A stretch of DNA of 39,470 nucleotides from Bigelowiella natans CCMP2755 (lineage: Eukaryota; Protista; Cercozoa), in the NCBI GenBank assembly GCA_000320545.1, contig ADNK01002752.1, positions 1 to 39,470 on the forward strand, written 5' to 3'. Position 1 is the stretch's first letter, and each line of letters opens with the position of its first letter. This document shows positions 1 to 12,250 of this stretch, piece by piece. The translations under genes and the position numbers were made by a program. The notes beneath the pieces are model-generated. The model was not told the DNA's origin, did no database searches, and worked only from the letters and a program-made list of their open reading frames with translations.

Positions 1-294
1 TTCCCCTTGGCCGGGGGCAGCGAGGGTCAGGCGCTCCCAAGGACTAACTTGGTGAAGATGAATTATCATGAGTCCGAATATGATATGAGCTGCCGTCGGC
101 CTTTCGGGAGGGGATTATGACAGCAATCTCAGCGCTCGCGCTCTCCCACATTCACCCCCCCGCGGCCACTGATGCGTGGTGGGGGCGTCGGGGAAGGGTA
201 GTCGAATGGATCGTGTTCTGAGTATCATCCTCCTCCTCATCATCATCATCAAACATCATGAGATTTGGAAATGACACACCATCATCCTTCCCAG

Positions 295-425
295 GAGCAG
301 CTACTACGCATCTGCAGTGCTTTGGATGTGCCCGACGATCATCGTCGCGAACTCCGTGTACGTCAAGATGCCACGAAATCAGGCCTCCCTCGCTCAAAAG
401 CGCACCCACCAACAGGCAATGGCAG

Positions 426-464
<39 letters not shown>

Positions 465-816
465 CAAAACAAAATTATGACCTATGTATCTTCCTCCTCC
501 TTCTTCCTCCTATAGCAGCGCCTACTATCATACGAAATGTAGGTTCATTGCTACTGCCATAGTATAGTGTCCTCGTCCTCGTCGTCGTCGTTGTAGTCAC
601 CATCTTCTGAACAACATCAACTATACAGGAGAACAATTTAAAAAACGTAAAGTTCAGGGACATCTTCATGTTTCATGATATCCTGGAGGTAGTAGTAGTA
701 GTCGCAGTAATAACAAAGAAGAACAGGGAGGAGGAGGAGGAGGAGGAGGAGGAGGAGGAGAGGGAGAGGAATGTATGGGGGGGAGCTTTATGGGTATTAA
801 TATGTCATCTGATAAG

Positions 817-851
<35 letters not shown>

Positions 852-1823
852 CTAGACAATCCACCGATTACATCGTTCTCTTCATCAGCGGCAGCACACC
901 TTCTGAGCCATATCCTGCTTAACCCCTCTTGCCCCCTCTTGCCCCCTCCCACTGCGACAGAAATTCGTCTTGCACGTATTCAGCGAATGGTCTCCGGAGA
1001 ACTTCTACTTTTACCGGGACGTTGTGATACTGCAGGTTGCGCGCGCTCTACGATGGCGGCTTCATTTTGCACGATATAACTATTCCAATTCTCCTTCCGT
1101 GTTTTCCTCATACCTCCCTCCCATTAACCCAGGCCCTGTTCCTCAACGAGGGGCCGGGCGCCACAGAGGAGATGCGTTCCAAGTTCGCCGGCATCTACAA
1201 CGAGTAAGCAATACAATGAATATATATATATATATATATATATTAGTATATATTTGCATATATCCAAACATCGTTCCATCCTCAAAGCCGACGATTGACG
1301 AGAGTGAAACATGTATTTTCGCGCAACATGGATCCAGAGCTTATCTGCCCCCCCCCGCATTTGCTCGCTTCTTACGTCATCATTTCTTTGTTGTCGCCGT
1401 CGTCATCCTCAGGTATGTGAAGCTCGATAGCTCCATGGCGGTAGTATATGCACGTAGAAACAACGAAGCGGCAGCCAAACCGAGTCAAATATAGGATGAT
1501 GCTGTTCCGGCAATGCGCCTTTTCGCCGATTTGCTTCTTCTGCTTCTTCTCTTTCTTCTGCTTCTTCTCTTTCTTCTGCTTCTTCTCTTTCTTCTGCTTC
1601 TTCTCTTTCTTCTTCTTCTTCTTCCTATACTTCTTGATGATGAGTTGTGGCGAAGGAGTGGGTGGCGGCAGTCATGTTTGCTGCAGGCTACGATGATGAT
1701 GATGACGATGACGACGATGATGATGATTGTGATGATGATGGTGAAACACGATGATGATGATGGCCCAGGAAATCCTGTTATTGCTCATTTCCATCCTCTG
1801 GCGCTACCTGCTATGCTATGATA

Positions 1824-1869
<46 letters not shown>

Positions 1870-2575
1870 GATAACGGTGGCACCCCCCCCCCCCCCTCCC
1901 CCTCATCATCAGATCAATGTATCCCACCCAACCCGTGAGTTGTTCCGATTAGCTGCGAAAGCAAGGTAAGCATAGTGCAGTAGCACCGACTTTTGATGAT
2001 AAGAGGACGGGGGGGGGAGAAGGGTTTTTAACATGCATAATCGTGGTGTTAATGCGCTAGCCGTAGTAGTATTTGTAGTAAAAGTAGCAGCAGCAGTAGC
2101 AGTAGCTTCCAGGATTCGGGTGACGGTGTGATGGTGAGCGCTACTGCATGCGCCTCTTTTTGCACCTTTCACAGCGGAAAGGAATGCTTTCATACAAACA
2201 TTGCGCTGCCGGGATCGATCACAACATCTCTGCAAGAAAGGTGTATATACTTATTACATATATATATATATATATATATATATTATGTGTGTGTTTGTGG
2301 AGATGTCGTATTATTATTATGATTATCATCCATTTGGCTCTCTAGCTTGGCTTTTGCTGCCGCTCTTTCTCATAGGGGGGGGGGCGGGCAAGGAAAGAGA
2401 AAAATCATGCAAATACGCACACACACACACACAGAGAGAGAAAGAGAGAGAGAGAGAGAAAGGAGAGCACATGTACATGAATCAAGGCCTTCTCTGCTTT
2501 CGAACAACTACTAGTACCAATACATTCTTTTCCAACACTGGTATATTCATATATATACAAATATGTATTTACATG

Positions 2576-2612
<37 letters not shown>

Positions 2613-2667
2613 TGCACAGCTGCATTAGGAGGACACTTGAAAAAATTTAAACATTTCATTACATCCG

Positions 2668-2708
<41 letters not shown>

Positions 2709-2888
2709 CGCGCAGAGGCCGCAAGACGGGGGCGACATCATATCTAGCACCAGCTACTCCTCTCGCCGTGTTCCTAGCAGCAGCAGCAGCCATGCTCACA
2801 ACAACAACAACAACAACAACAACAAAAACCCCAAGGGTGACTTGTATTCGTGAACATCAATTAGAATTTAATAATAATGCTCGAAATA

Positions 2889-2938
<50 letters not shown>

Positions 2939-3868
2939 ATATGCGTGTGTGAGTGTGTTTGTGTCTATGGCATTCATTCACCATCGTATTTCGATGAAAG
3001 GAGCGAGAACCCCTCCTGCCCCAGTGTCCCTGCGGAGGAAGAAACTGCGTAATGATAATGATAAGAAGAAAGAGAAGAAGAAGAAGTTGTTGTTGTTGTT
3101 GTTGTTGTTGTTGCTGTGCGTACGCTGCTTCCCGCCGTCCGCCGAGCTCCCAGCAAGATGATCGAAATAGTGCATTTGCTCTTTTCAAACGTGCTCCCCT
3201 CCCCTCCCCCCCCGTTCCCCCCTCTTTTTGTTGTTTTCAAGTTTAAAAGTTGCCCCCCCCCCCCTTCCCCCTCCCCCCCCTCCCCTCGTTTTATTATGGG
3301 ACTGCCACTGCTTGCCTCTCCAGTATCACAAATGGCATCTCCACAAGGACAAGGTAGTAGGCGATGGTGGTGGTGGTAGCGCGAAGTTGTCTAGAATCGC
3401 CACGTCGAGAAAAGGGCAAGGTGTAAGAAGAGAAGCATTCAAAACCCAGCTTGTGTCGCTGTTTGCGCCCACAAGAGAGTGAAAAGAGAGGGGCGGGGGT
3501 TGGCAATATCCACTGCTACGACAAGCAGCTGGATTAGGTTCTGACCATTGCTTTGCGTCTACTTGCTTTCCTCATCATCAGCGCTCACGCCCGACTCGAA
3601 ACAAAGGATGGTGAATGCCGCAGTTGGCTTCATGCCTCATATGATGCTGCCGCACCGCCACCAACAGGCTATTGGGGACGTGGTCCAATGTAATATACCA
3701 ACAAGTCGTAGCAGAAGAAGAAGAAGAAGAAGAAGAAGAAGAAGAAATTGTAGGCAGTACTACTACTACTACTACTACTAGTTGTTGTTGTTGTATAGTA
3801 GTAGTAGTAGTAGTAGTAGTAGTAATAGCTGTCGTCATGCAGCAAGAAAGCACAACGGTATATGAATA

Positions 3869-3909
<41 letters not shown>

Positions 3910-4543
3910 ATATATAATATATATATATATATATATGTATATAATCGCATGTAGTAAATGCATCATCTTCCACACGCATGTATAGTAGTTCGTCTACCCT
4001 CCACATTGTGACGGTCGCTGTCTTTGATTGTGGTTTTAGTGCTGCGGTGTACCCAACATTGCGACACCGAAGCGCCGGCCAACAAACGTGGTTGCGCTGC
4101 GAGCTCCTCCAGGAGGACTACGACTGCGGACTTCCCCTCCTCCTCCCTGGATCTCAGTAGTCCAAGGCTATCAACCTCGCTGAGGAAGGTGGCGGTGCGT
4201 TCGGTACGGCGCGCATGATCGTCTACCTCTCGTTGATAGTCCGGCATTGATGAGCATCATTGCGAAAAGGCTCTTCGTTAAACTCTCTCCGCTCTTCGCT
4301 TTCCCGCCTCCCCCCGCTTACGTTCCCCCCCTCCCTCCCTCCTCTCCTGCCTTCTTTCCCCCGTGTAATAAATACGTCTCTACTATGATTCGCCAGGCGA
4401 CACCATCTTCCAGAGGCGCTGCTCGCCCCCTTGAGAAAGACCTCTCATCGCTTTGCGTGGATGTGATTGGCTCGACTCCCAGGACGCCGGGGGGGGAGAG
4501 TACAAACGCGTTGCTCTCACCCGGTAGCACACGATGATCGAAC

Positions 4544-4579
<36 letters not shown>

Positions 4580-4973
4580 AGGGGAAACGTTACTCAAGAT
4601 TTGCTGTTCCCTCTCACCACGAAAACGACAGATTCCGGGGGCTCACTGTCGTTTAGAGCAAATGCTACTACTACTAGTGCTGTTGGTACTACTGCTACTA
4701 CTACTACGGCTGCAGCTACGACAAAGGAAGTCGTTTGTTCCGTTCTCGAGGAGAAGAGGCCACTACCTGTAACTCATCAGCAAAGGTGCTGCTATTATTG
4801 CTGGTGCCACCTGCAATCGTGATAATGCTACTGCTGCTGCTGCGGATGACGACGATGATGATGATTCGGAATGCTATCTGCATAAATTTCACGACAGATA
4901 GAGGGATCTACTGTTAGATTCTCTCTATCCCTCTCTCTCTCTCCCTCTCTCTTTCTCTCTCATTCTCTCTCTC

Positions 4974-5023
<50 letters not shown>

Positions 5024-5122
5024 TCTCTCCACTAAGAACACATCCCTTGGCTAAGGAGCATATCATGCTCAACTTCCTTTGCTCGCCGTGCCGTCATGTC
5101 ATTTCTGACGAAAATTATACAA

Positions 5123-5199
<77 letters not shown>

Positions 5200-5593
5200 T
5201 ATTATTGCGACGTTGCTGTAGGGAGAACTCGTCGCCTCATCACCATCGTTCGTGGACACCCAAGTTTTCCAAAAGAGGTGCGAGTTCTGCCTGCCTTTGC
5301 CTTTTTACACCGCCGCTACGCATCGTGCATCCTCCTGCTCGCAAAAGTGAATAGCCAAGAGCAGAACGTTTCAAGCCTTGTTGGCAAACTAGATAGCTGC
5401 GGTGTGCATGCTGGGTTGTTTACGTATATGCTGCTTTTCTCTCTCTCATTCGTGGTTTCTTCCCACCTGCGTTTTGCTGCGGCTGTCGCACAGAATCGCC
5501 TTCCAGATCTAGATCGGTATGTTACACACACGCACACACGCACACAAATATGTATATAATATAATACATAAATATACAAAATAAAAAAATAAA

Positions 5594-5659
<66 letters not shown>

Positions 5660-6603
5660 ATAATTTGTAGTGTGCGTTTGTGTGTGGGTAACCCCATCCC
5701 CCCCCCCATCACCTCCCCCTTCCTAATATAAAATATGTATATGATAGGATAACAAGAAGAGTGATGGTAGTGGGGGAGACCAACGGAGGCGATTTCACAT
5801 ACGGTATCAGTAGCAGTATTAATAGAACACATCATGCCCATCTTCTTGTCTTTTCCACGCATCTCTTTGAGCACCACCGCAATTCGCCATAAAGCTTTAT
5901 TTTAATGAAGAAGAGGGGGGGGGGGGACGAGTGCGGGCTCAGATCTGCTGGGAACAAATAAACTCGATCTCATACAACGACTACGATTTCCTCCTCCTCT
6001 TTCCTATGTGATAAGGTCCAAGTCTCCTCTCCGGCACTTGGATGCGGTAGGCTGTTTTCGGGGTCTTTTCCCATGCGCGCTGTCATCGTCGCCACAACCG
6101 TCATCATCATCATCATCAACAACAACAACAACAACCACAGCAACAACATCATCACTCACGAGCGTACGCATGGTTCCTATCTATATTTGATATCCCAGGA
6201 GTCTGGGATTAAACTAAATCACCCGCATAGTTTCGGGGAGAGCAAGAGGCGCGGCGAGGGAATGAAGCCTCGAGGTAGTTGACGACCGATTTATGAATGC
6301 ACGCAATGTCGACGGGATCGTGCCCTCAGAGAAACAACCATCAATTGTGTGCCGCTGCTGCTTGCGCGTGCTGCCGTTGTTTGTTCTACGAGCTTCGTTT
6401 GCCACGCACTGAGATGGGTTGCGAGAGAGGCATCTTCCTTCTTTATTTGTATTATTATTCATCATCCTCAGCGCCTCTTCTTCGGTTTGTTTGCTGACTT
6501 ATCTTTTCAGGACTAAAGACTTTCCAGGACGCGTACGAGTTCTTTTGGTCAGTACTCACTAATAATCGTATTAATAGACACACATGTAAATAAATAAATA
6601 CAA

Positions 6604-6643
<40 letters not shown>

Positions 6644-6755
6644 CGCGCGCGCGTTTGCTTGCTCATGCATAATGTATTGCACGTGTTTGTGCTCAGTGAG
6701 CATCGTGGCAAGATGAGCTTCGGATCTCCAGCCATGAAGCAAATGATGAAGGTCG

Positions 6756-6801
<46 letters not shown>

Positions 6802-6984
6802 ATGCATGTTTGCTCCGATTTGAATTGGTGATACTACTTCGTTGCTGTTGCTTATGTCTTGCTCGGGGAAGGCATGCTCCTACTAATCATATCCAACAAC
6901 GCAAAATCATTCATCATCATATACACAGACGCGCTCGTGTCAATATCCCCCCCCCATCCCCCTCCCTCGCCCTCTCTAATGTGT

Positions 6985-7043
<59 letters not shown>

Positions 7044-7576
7044 ATGATATAAATGTATTGTAGGATATGTGTGTCATGTTCACTGGTCATCATCTTCATA
7101 ATCTACTCTCTCGTGTGTAACACTCAATCATTGATGCCTACGATATTGCGCTACATTTTTTCAGATCTTGGAAATGACCAAGAAGGAGGTGTACGACATG
7201 GTGGAGAAGGACACATTCGTCCGGTTCACAAACCGCGCAGATGTTGCCAAGGTACTAATACACCACACTGCAGTTGAAGAAGAGAGATGTATGCCCTTTC
7301 CTCCATCGCCCCCCTTCCACAAGAGCAATCGAGAGTTTCATTTCGTTATTAGGTAATGGGCAAAGCCGGTAGTTTCGCGTTTTGTATCTCCTGTATCATG
7401 CGCACATGCAAATACATACAGAGATAGAGAGGGGGGAGGGGGGGGGTGGATACGAACGCACGCAATCACACCATTGTGCTTTGTGTTGTTTGCAGCTGCT
7501 GGAACGACGGGACTTCCAAATTTTCCTGAGGCCGAGGGGTGTGTACCATCTAATATTAACCGATGTTTGCTGCTAA
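295..7576 (+). CDS. Multi-exon RGS-domain protein, probably with upstream transmembrane helices; 5' end outside window; internal exons at 2.1-6.8 kb only partly resolved
   Basis: Phase-consistent GT-AG exons 629-688, 961-1035, 1133-1203, 1413-1440 and 1913-1965 splice to ENNLKNVKFRDIFMFHDILE-KFVLHVFSEWSPENFYFYRDVVILQ-ALFLNEGPGATEEMRSKFAGIYNE-YVKLDSSMA-INVSHPTRELF, matching the RGS E.S.EN..F and IY..Y.....IN motifs. Exon 7165-7251 ILEMTKKEVYDMVEKDTFVRF matches the RGS C-terminal EV..ME.D.F.RF motif. Last exon 7496-7576 ends LTDVCC*. A hydrophobic exon at ~295-415 (YYASAVLWMCPTIIVANSVYV) appears to use a GC donor. Confidence 0.8.
428..7045. repeat. Dense intronic microsatellites (TA)n, (GA)n, (GT)n, (GAT)n, (GAG)n, (CAA)n, (GTA)n; similar arrays at 19.7-26.4 kb and 33.6-38.9 kb
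   Basis: Dozens of perfect di- and tri-nucleotide runs are visible, e.g. 828-848, 2894-2934, 5126-5197, 6606-6641. Confidence 0.95.
1535..1606. repeat. Intronic 18-bp minisatellite (ttcttctgcttcttctct) x~4
   Basis: Direct reading of the tandem units. Confidence 0.85.
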
Positions 7577-8839
7577 TGTGACATCCTTGAAGTCTTCTCA
7601 CATTAATGGACAAATATGAAATGTAAACTACTCTGTTTTAACGTTCCTATGCTCTATCTCTCTCCCTCGCTCTATCTCTCTCTCCCCCCTATCCCCCTCC
7701 TTCGCTTCCCGTCTCCTTACATGTTCCTACCCAGCATCAATGTCCTCGACACCAGAAATCAGTAGACGATCTAATTTTTCTCAGTAGCAAATCAGTGATG
7801 ATGCTATGTCTTGAGGATGTAGCAAAGCAAATGCCGACATTTTTTGCAATCAATTGCCACCCATCTGATGTGCCGTTGTTCAATGCTAGAATGCAAATTT
7901 CCACATTCTGCGCGAAAATCTTGAAGACATCTAGACATGCAGGGTGAACATCACCTAGAGCATTTTGGCATTGCATGACCAGAGTTCTGACCGAATGATG
8001 ACGCACAGCTAGATGGGCTCGCGACGACATGTGTGTACGTTCACGTGTTCTTTTGTTGGCGCTGCTGATGCATGAACAATGTCACAGCTAGATCGGAATT
8101 TCAGAAGTCATGATTGTGGTCAACTCAGACAGTGCGATCATTGCACATGCGGACCAGCTGCACGCGCGTAGCACCAGGGCAGCGCACAGAGCCAGAAAAG
8201 TGCACAGCACTCACACCTACACTGTTAGACTGGAAGCAGGCGGAGGGGGCCGCACCCCGATGTGGCGCGGTTTGAAAGATGTGTGTTCGGCTGATGTCAC
8301 GTGCGTGCGTTGCCTCGGCTAGTTCGTGTGTGCTTTCAATGCACAATTAGAAACTCTTTGACACGACGATGACATGTGCACACACGTTCAAACGTTTCAG
8401 AAACGAAGTCAGTTCATCATTCAGCATCCAACAGCCCTTCCAGCCTTGTCCTTTCCAGCTTGCCAGCTTGCCCAGTTCAAGACCTAGCTAGCTAGTGCAT
8501 TTTTTGTCGAGACATCACGTTTGTTTTGAACCATCTCCTCTTCATCGAGTGCGCTTGGATCACAACCTTTTGTCTTGCATCGGGTCGTCATCAGTCATCA
8601 GAGCGACTGGACGAGCACCTCGTCACTTCCAAACTTCTGCTTGTTCACACCGAGTGCTCAAAGCGGTGGCGGCCACTTTCGCGAACATTGAACTCGGTTG
8701 ACACCCTTGCGGTCTCGGTGCATCCCTTTTTGCTTATGAGAGAGGTTCGACCTGACCCCCTCCCCCTGGCATCTTTCACCTCAAGACCTGTCCCCTTCCT
8801 GGCAGGAGGCTGCAAGTCCAAGATTTGTCACAGCACTCA

Positions 8840-9179
8840 AGATTTGAGATTCCTGAGAGTGCGGTTGTACTCCAAGGACTTTTGTTTTTTAGGTGAAATG
8901 ACACGGAAATCATCCAAGAGCACACTGCCCAGTTAAAAAGGGTTAAACATTGGATGACCTTGTTCTCAAACATTTTGCTGGTAAAATGTGTCCAGAGTCA
9001 CTGGGCAAGGAGCCCTTGAATGATTTCTGTGTTGTTATGCCTAAAAAAATTAGAGATTCCATGGAGTACAACCAACACACTTCCAGGAATCTCCAATCTC
9101 ATCTCGTACGACTGAATGACTCAGGATCAATCCATTTAGGTGAAATGACACGGAAATCATCCAAGGGCACGCTGCCCAG
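8840..9179 (+). repeat. Imperfect inverted repeat (arms ~8840-8933 and ~9000-9099) plus a direct copy of the inner 5' arm (9135-9179)
   Basis: 8888-8932 tttaggtgaaatgacacggaaatcatccaagagcacactgcccag matches 9135-9179 at 43/45. The reverse complement of 9000-9099 aligns to 8840-8933 (gagattcctg, ggttgtactcca, ttttttagg, gaaatcat, tgcccagt blocks). Confidence 0.9.
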
Positions 9180-9591
9180 CTGTTAACTCCGAAGACCCTC
9201 ATGGACCTATCTAAACATCTTCCGCACGAATCCCCGAGGAAGGTGTCACTGACCGATCCAGGCCTTAACTCCAAAGACACAAAGACTTTTGTATCCGACC
9301 AAATTTATTTCCGAAAACATCCTTGGTTTTCCAGTAGGCGACAAAGGATTTCTATTCCATCCGCTAGATCCGAGGTCACAACGGATCAGGGGATCTATAA
9401 TTTCTAGAATTTCTAGTTGAAAATGTTTGTCGCACCAAGAAAATGCGATGCCATTCAAACTGTCTTCTTTCACCTGCGAGCCGTCTTAAATCCGAAGAGG
9501 CCGACATTCCTCTCCCCTGTTCCCTCTTCTTTCTTCGGCTACCCCATCTCCTCCGCATCTAAAGAGCTTGCTATCTACATTGCAGCTGAGA

Positions 9592-11411
9592 ATGACCGAC
9601 ACAGTTCAGAACCAGGCACAAATGATATGGGAGTTCATTGAAAGCAGCCAGCGCAAGGCGAAGGGCAGATACTGCGTGGATCTCGCCGAAATGCTTGACA
9701 AGTTCAAAATTTATAGGTGAATTCTTTCATATGCATGAATGTGAATTAACTCACAACAGTGATGAGAGACAACATTGTGTAACAGTGCAATGTGTACATC
9801 GAATACTCAAAACACCCCTGACTTTGAAATCGGTTGTTTGCGCTGAACCCCTATGCTGTCATAAGTATCGAGGGAGCCCAGACTTTCATGAATGATGCGC
9901 TCATGGAGAACAAAGACTATAGGGTTGAGAGAAACAACAATTGGATTCTTACCGTAGATGCTGCACACCGATTCATCAACTCCACCCCCATTCTGAAAAA
10001 ACAGAGAAAGTACTTCCTGAAGAAGCGGATTGACTATCAATCGTCTAATCCAGAGGCCAAGCTGAAAGAAACTAATAACAATGGAAGAAGCGATATTAGC
10101 ATAATTGCTGATGGAGATGAAAGTGACACCTCAGAATTATCTTCGTCCGTTGGTAGTAGTTCCCAAGAATCAAATTTCAGTCGACAAGACGAAAAACCTG
10201 CAGATAACGATGCGGACAGAAAAAACAACACCAATATTGATCGTGGTGGACTTAATTTAGGTGATATCGCCGACCTCCAGGGCAGGCATGATTCTCTTCG
10301 TGATCTTCAGCGAAAATATCTGTTTCCTATCCCAAAAGACGCCGCAAAAAAGCAGCGGAGAACGCGAGCCTTCCTCAAGTCACAGCTAGAAAACCTGAAG
10401 CTGATGAAACAGATATATACCGAAGGCGAGGCGTTGCTATCCAGCGAGCGCATTTTCCATCAGAAACTCGGGGAAAATCGCAAAAAGATTCAGATGTTCA
10501 AGCTGGAGGCCATAAAAAATGAGAAGTAGTTACTCCAGCAGCGTGGCTGCCTCGATGCCTATTCTCTTGGCTATTATCAGCGGAAGACAAAATCAATCTT
10601 CACGTCCGATAACTTTGGTGAGGACAAGACCGTTTTAACTCGCAGTGTGGCAATCGAGCGGCAAGCACCGGAATCCAAGCGACTCCTGGAGACACCAGCG
10701 AATCCAAACAACAATTCCATCGATGATATTGGCCCGAACTCTGATGATGAAACCGACGAACCAAGCGATGACCAAAAAACCAAAACCAAGGCGCAACCGC
10801 TAATTTGCTCCCTCACAAGTCCTTGCAGAGACCCCAGAGTCGCTGTGCAATGCGATAAATGCAACAAGATCTACTCCAAGGGGCAGTACATGTCTTTCAA
10901 AGCCCATTATCTCAACAGTCACGTTCAGAGACTCTCTCTTCGAGAAAGCAAAGCCAAAAACTGGAAGATCCCGTTCTGCCTGGCGTGCCACACAGCCTTT
11001 GGAAGGAAATTCTTGAAATTCCGCCACAAATGCAAGAACTCCAAGAAAAGTCGGAAGCGAAGATCAATCGAAGAATCTCACTCGTCTTCAAAGGCCAGGT
11101 CAAAAGGTCATAGCAAGGCGCAGCTTGCAATGGACACCGTGCCTCCAATGCAAATCGACCTGGCCTCGTCATCGGATGGAAATGAATTAAAAAACGAAGA
11201 ATCCTCTCATCTAAGCTGTGATGATGGACGCATTATTGATGATGTGCCTGAATCCTCAGACGACAATAACCATGGTAGTGACGATGGTGATAGTGATGAG
11301 GAGGAGGGCCATAAAGATCGTTCAAATGACATCGAAGACGACAATTTACGCCGCTATAGTAGGCGCAGAACCAAACCTCCAGCATTCTACAGGCCTACTC
11401 CAAGGTCTTAA
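9592..11411 (+). CDS. Spliced ORF (exons 9592-9716, 9866-11411): AntA/MSV199-like DNA-binding N-terminus, coiled coil, C2H2-type zinc fingers, acidic tail; one in-frame TAG at 10527-10529 (pseudogene or readthrough)
   Basis: A GT-AG intron at 9717-9865 joins MTDTVQNQAQMIWEFIESSQRKAKGRYCVDLAEMLDKFKIYS in frame to IEGAQTFMNDALMENKDYRVERNNNWILTVDAAHRFINSTPILKKQRKYF. ORFs 9834-10529 and 10647-11411 share a frame with only one stop between them. CDKC..FKAHYLNSH and CLACH..RHKC are zinc-finger-like. Confidence 0.55.
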
Positions 11412-11549
11412 TGAGTTTCGCACTCATCATTCAAGATCTGATGTTGCAATCTCCGCAAGCTTCGCTCGTTTTGACGTTTACAACTACACGTGTGCACGCC
11501 TGAGGAATGCACCTACCTGCAGTCATCGTAGTATCTGAGCTCCCATTAA

Positions 11550-12250
11550 TATGGACGTCTAGACGTTCGAAGGAAGTGCCTTTGCACCGATTCGCAATTT
11601 GTGGGAGGCATATGCTAGATATGGCTAGATAGCATCGCTAGATCGTGTCTTTTTTAGCTAGATAGCAACGGGCTTATTTAGCTAGCTCTACACCTCTAGA
11701 CCTAGAGTGGGTCTAGATTTCTTGATGCATCTAGATGTTAGCCAGAAACTCTAAAACTTCCGATAGTTCACTCAATCTACTCAGTTCTAGAGTTTCTACG
11801 TTGAAGCTTCTGTGCTCATTGCAACCTACACATTTGCGTTCATCATGCACATGTCCAGATGCTTACATGTCTATGAAACCCTAATGCACCTATCTAGATA
11901 TCTACGTACATGTTCAGATAGATATGCTAGTATGTACTATCGTGTAGCTGCAGTCTAGCAGTACTAGAGTACTCTGGCTAGCTCTAGCTAGGACTTCCAC
12001 CGCAACTTCTAGTAGCTCTAGAGCTTTCTAGCTAGCTAGCTTTACCATCACGCAGCTCTAAAGGAATGTATGCAATGACGCCGATTGAATAGTTCAACAG
12101 TTCGCGATGACATATACACCTACTAGCCTAGCTAGCTAGCTAGTTATGCACACATCTAGCAATCTAGATGTGCTACATACATCTTACACGCCATCTAAGT
12201 TAATCTAGTTATGTCTACGCCTTCGAACATGCTTATATGACACCATTGGC
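11550..12250. other. CTAG-hyper-enriched tract, the strongest of six similar tracts (7.8-8.5, 11.55-12.25, 18.9-19.85, 26.8-27.3, 29.3-30.65, 32.8-33.3 kb)
   Basis: Roughly 30 CTAG counted by eye in 700 nt versus about 3 expected; also rich in CATG, TGCA and AGCT. Confidence 0.85.

Noticed and set aside
152-7100. Dozens of ORFs with YIYI, ERER, CVCV, poly-L/T/M runs (also at 19.4-26.5 and 33.4-38.9 kb)
   Set aside because: Translations of intronic microsatellites, not proteins
8888-9179. CRISPR-like repeat-spacer array
   Set aside because: Only two direct copies 247 nt apart with an inverted copy between; eukaryotic context and no cas genes
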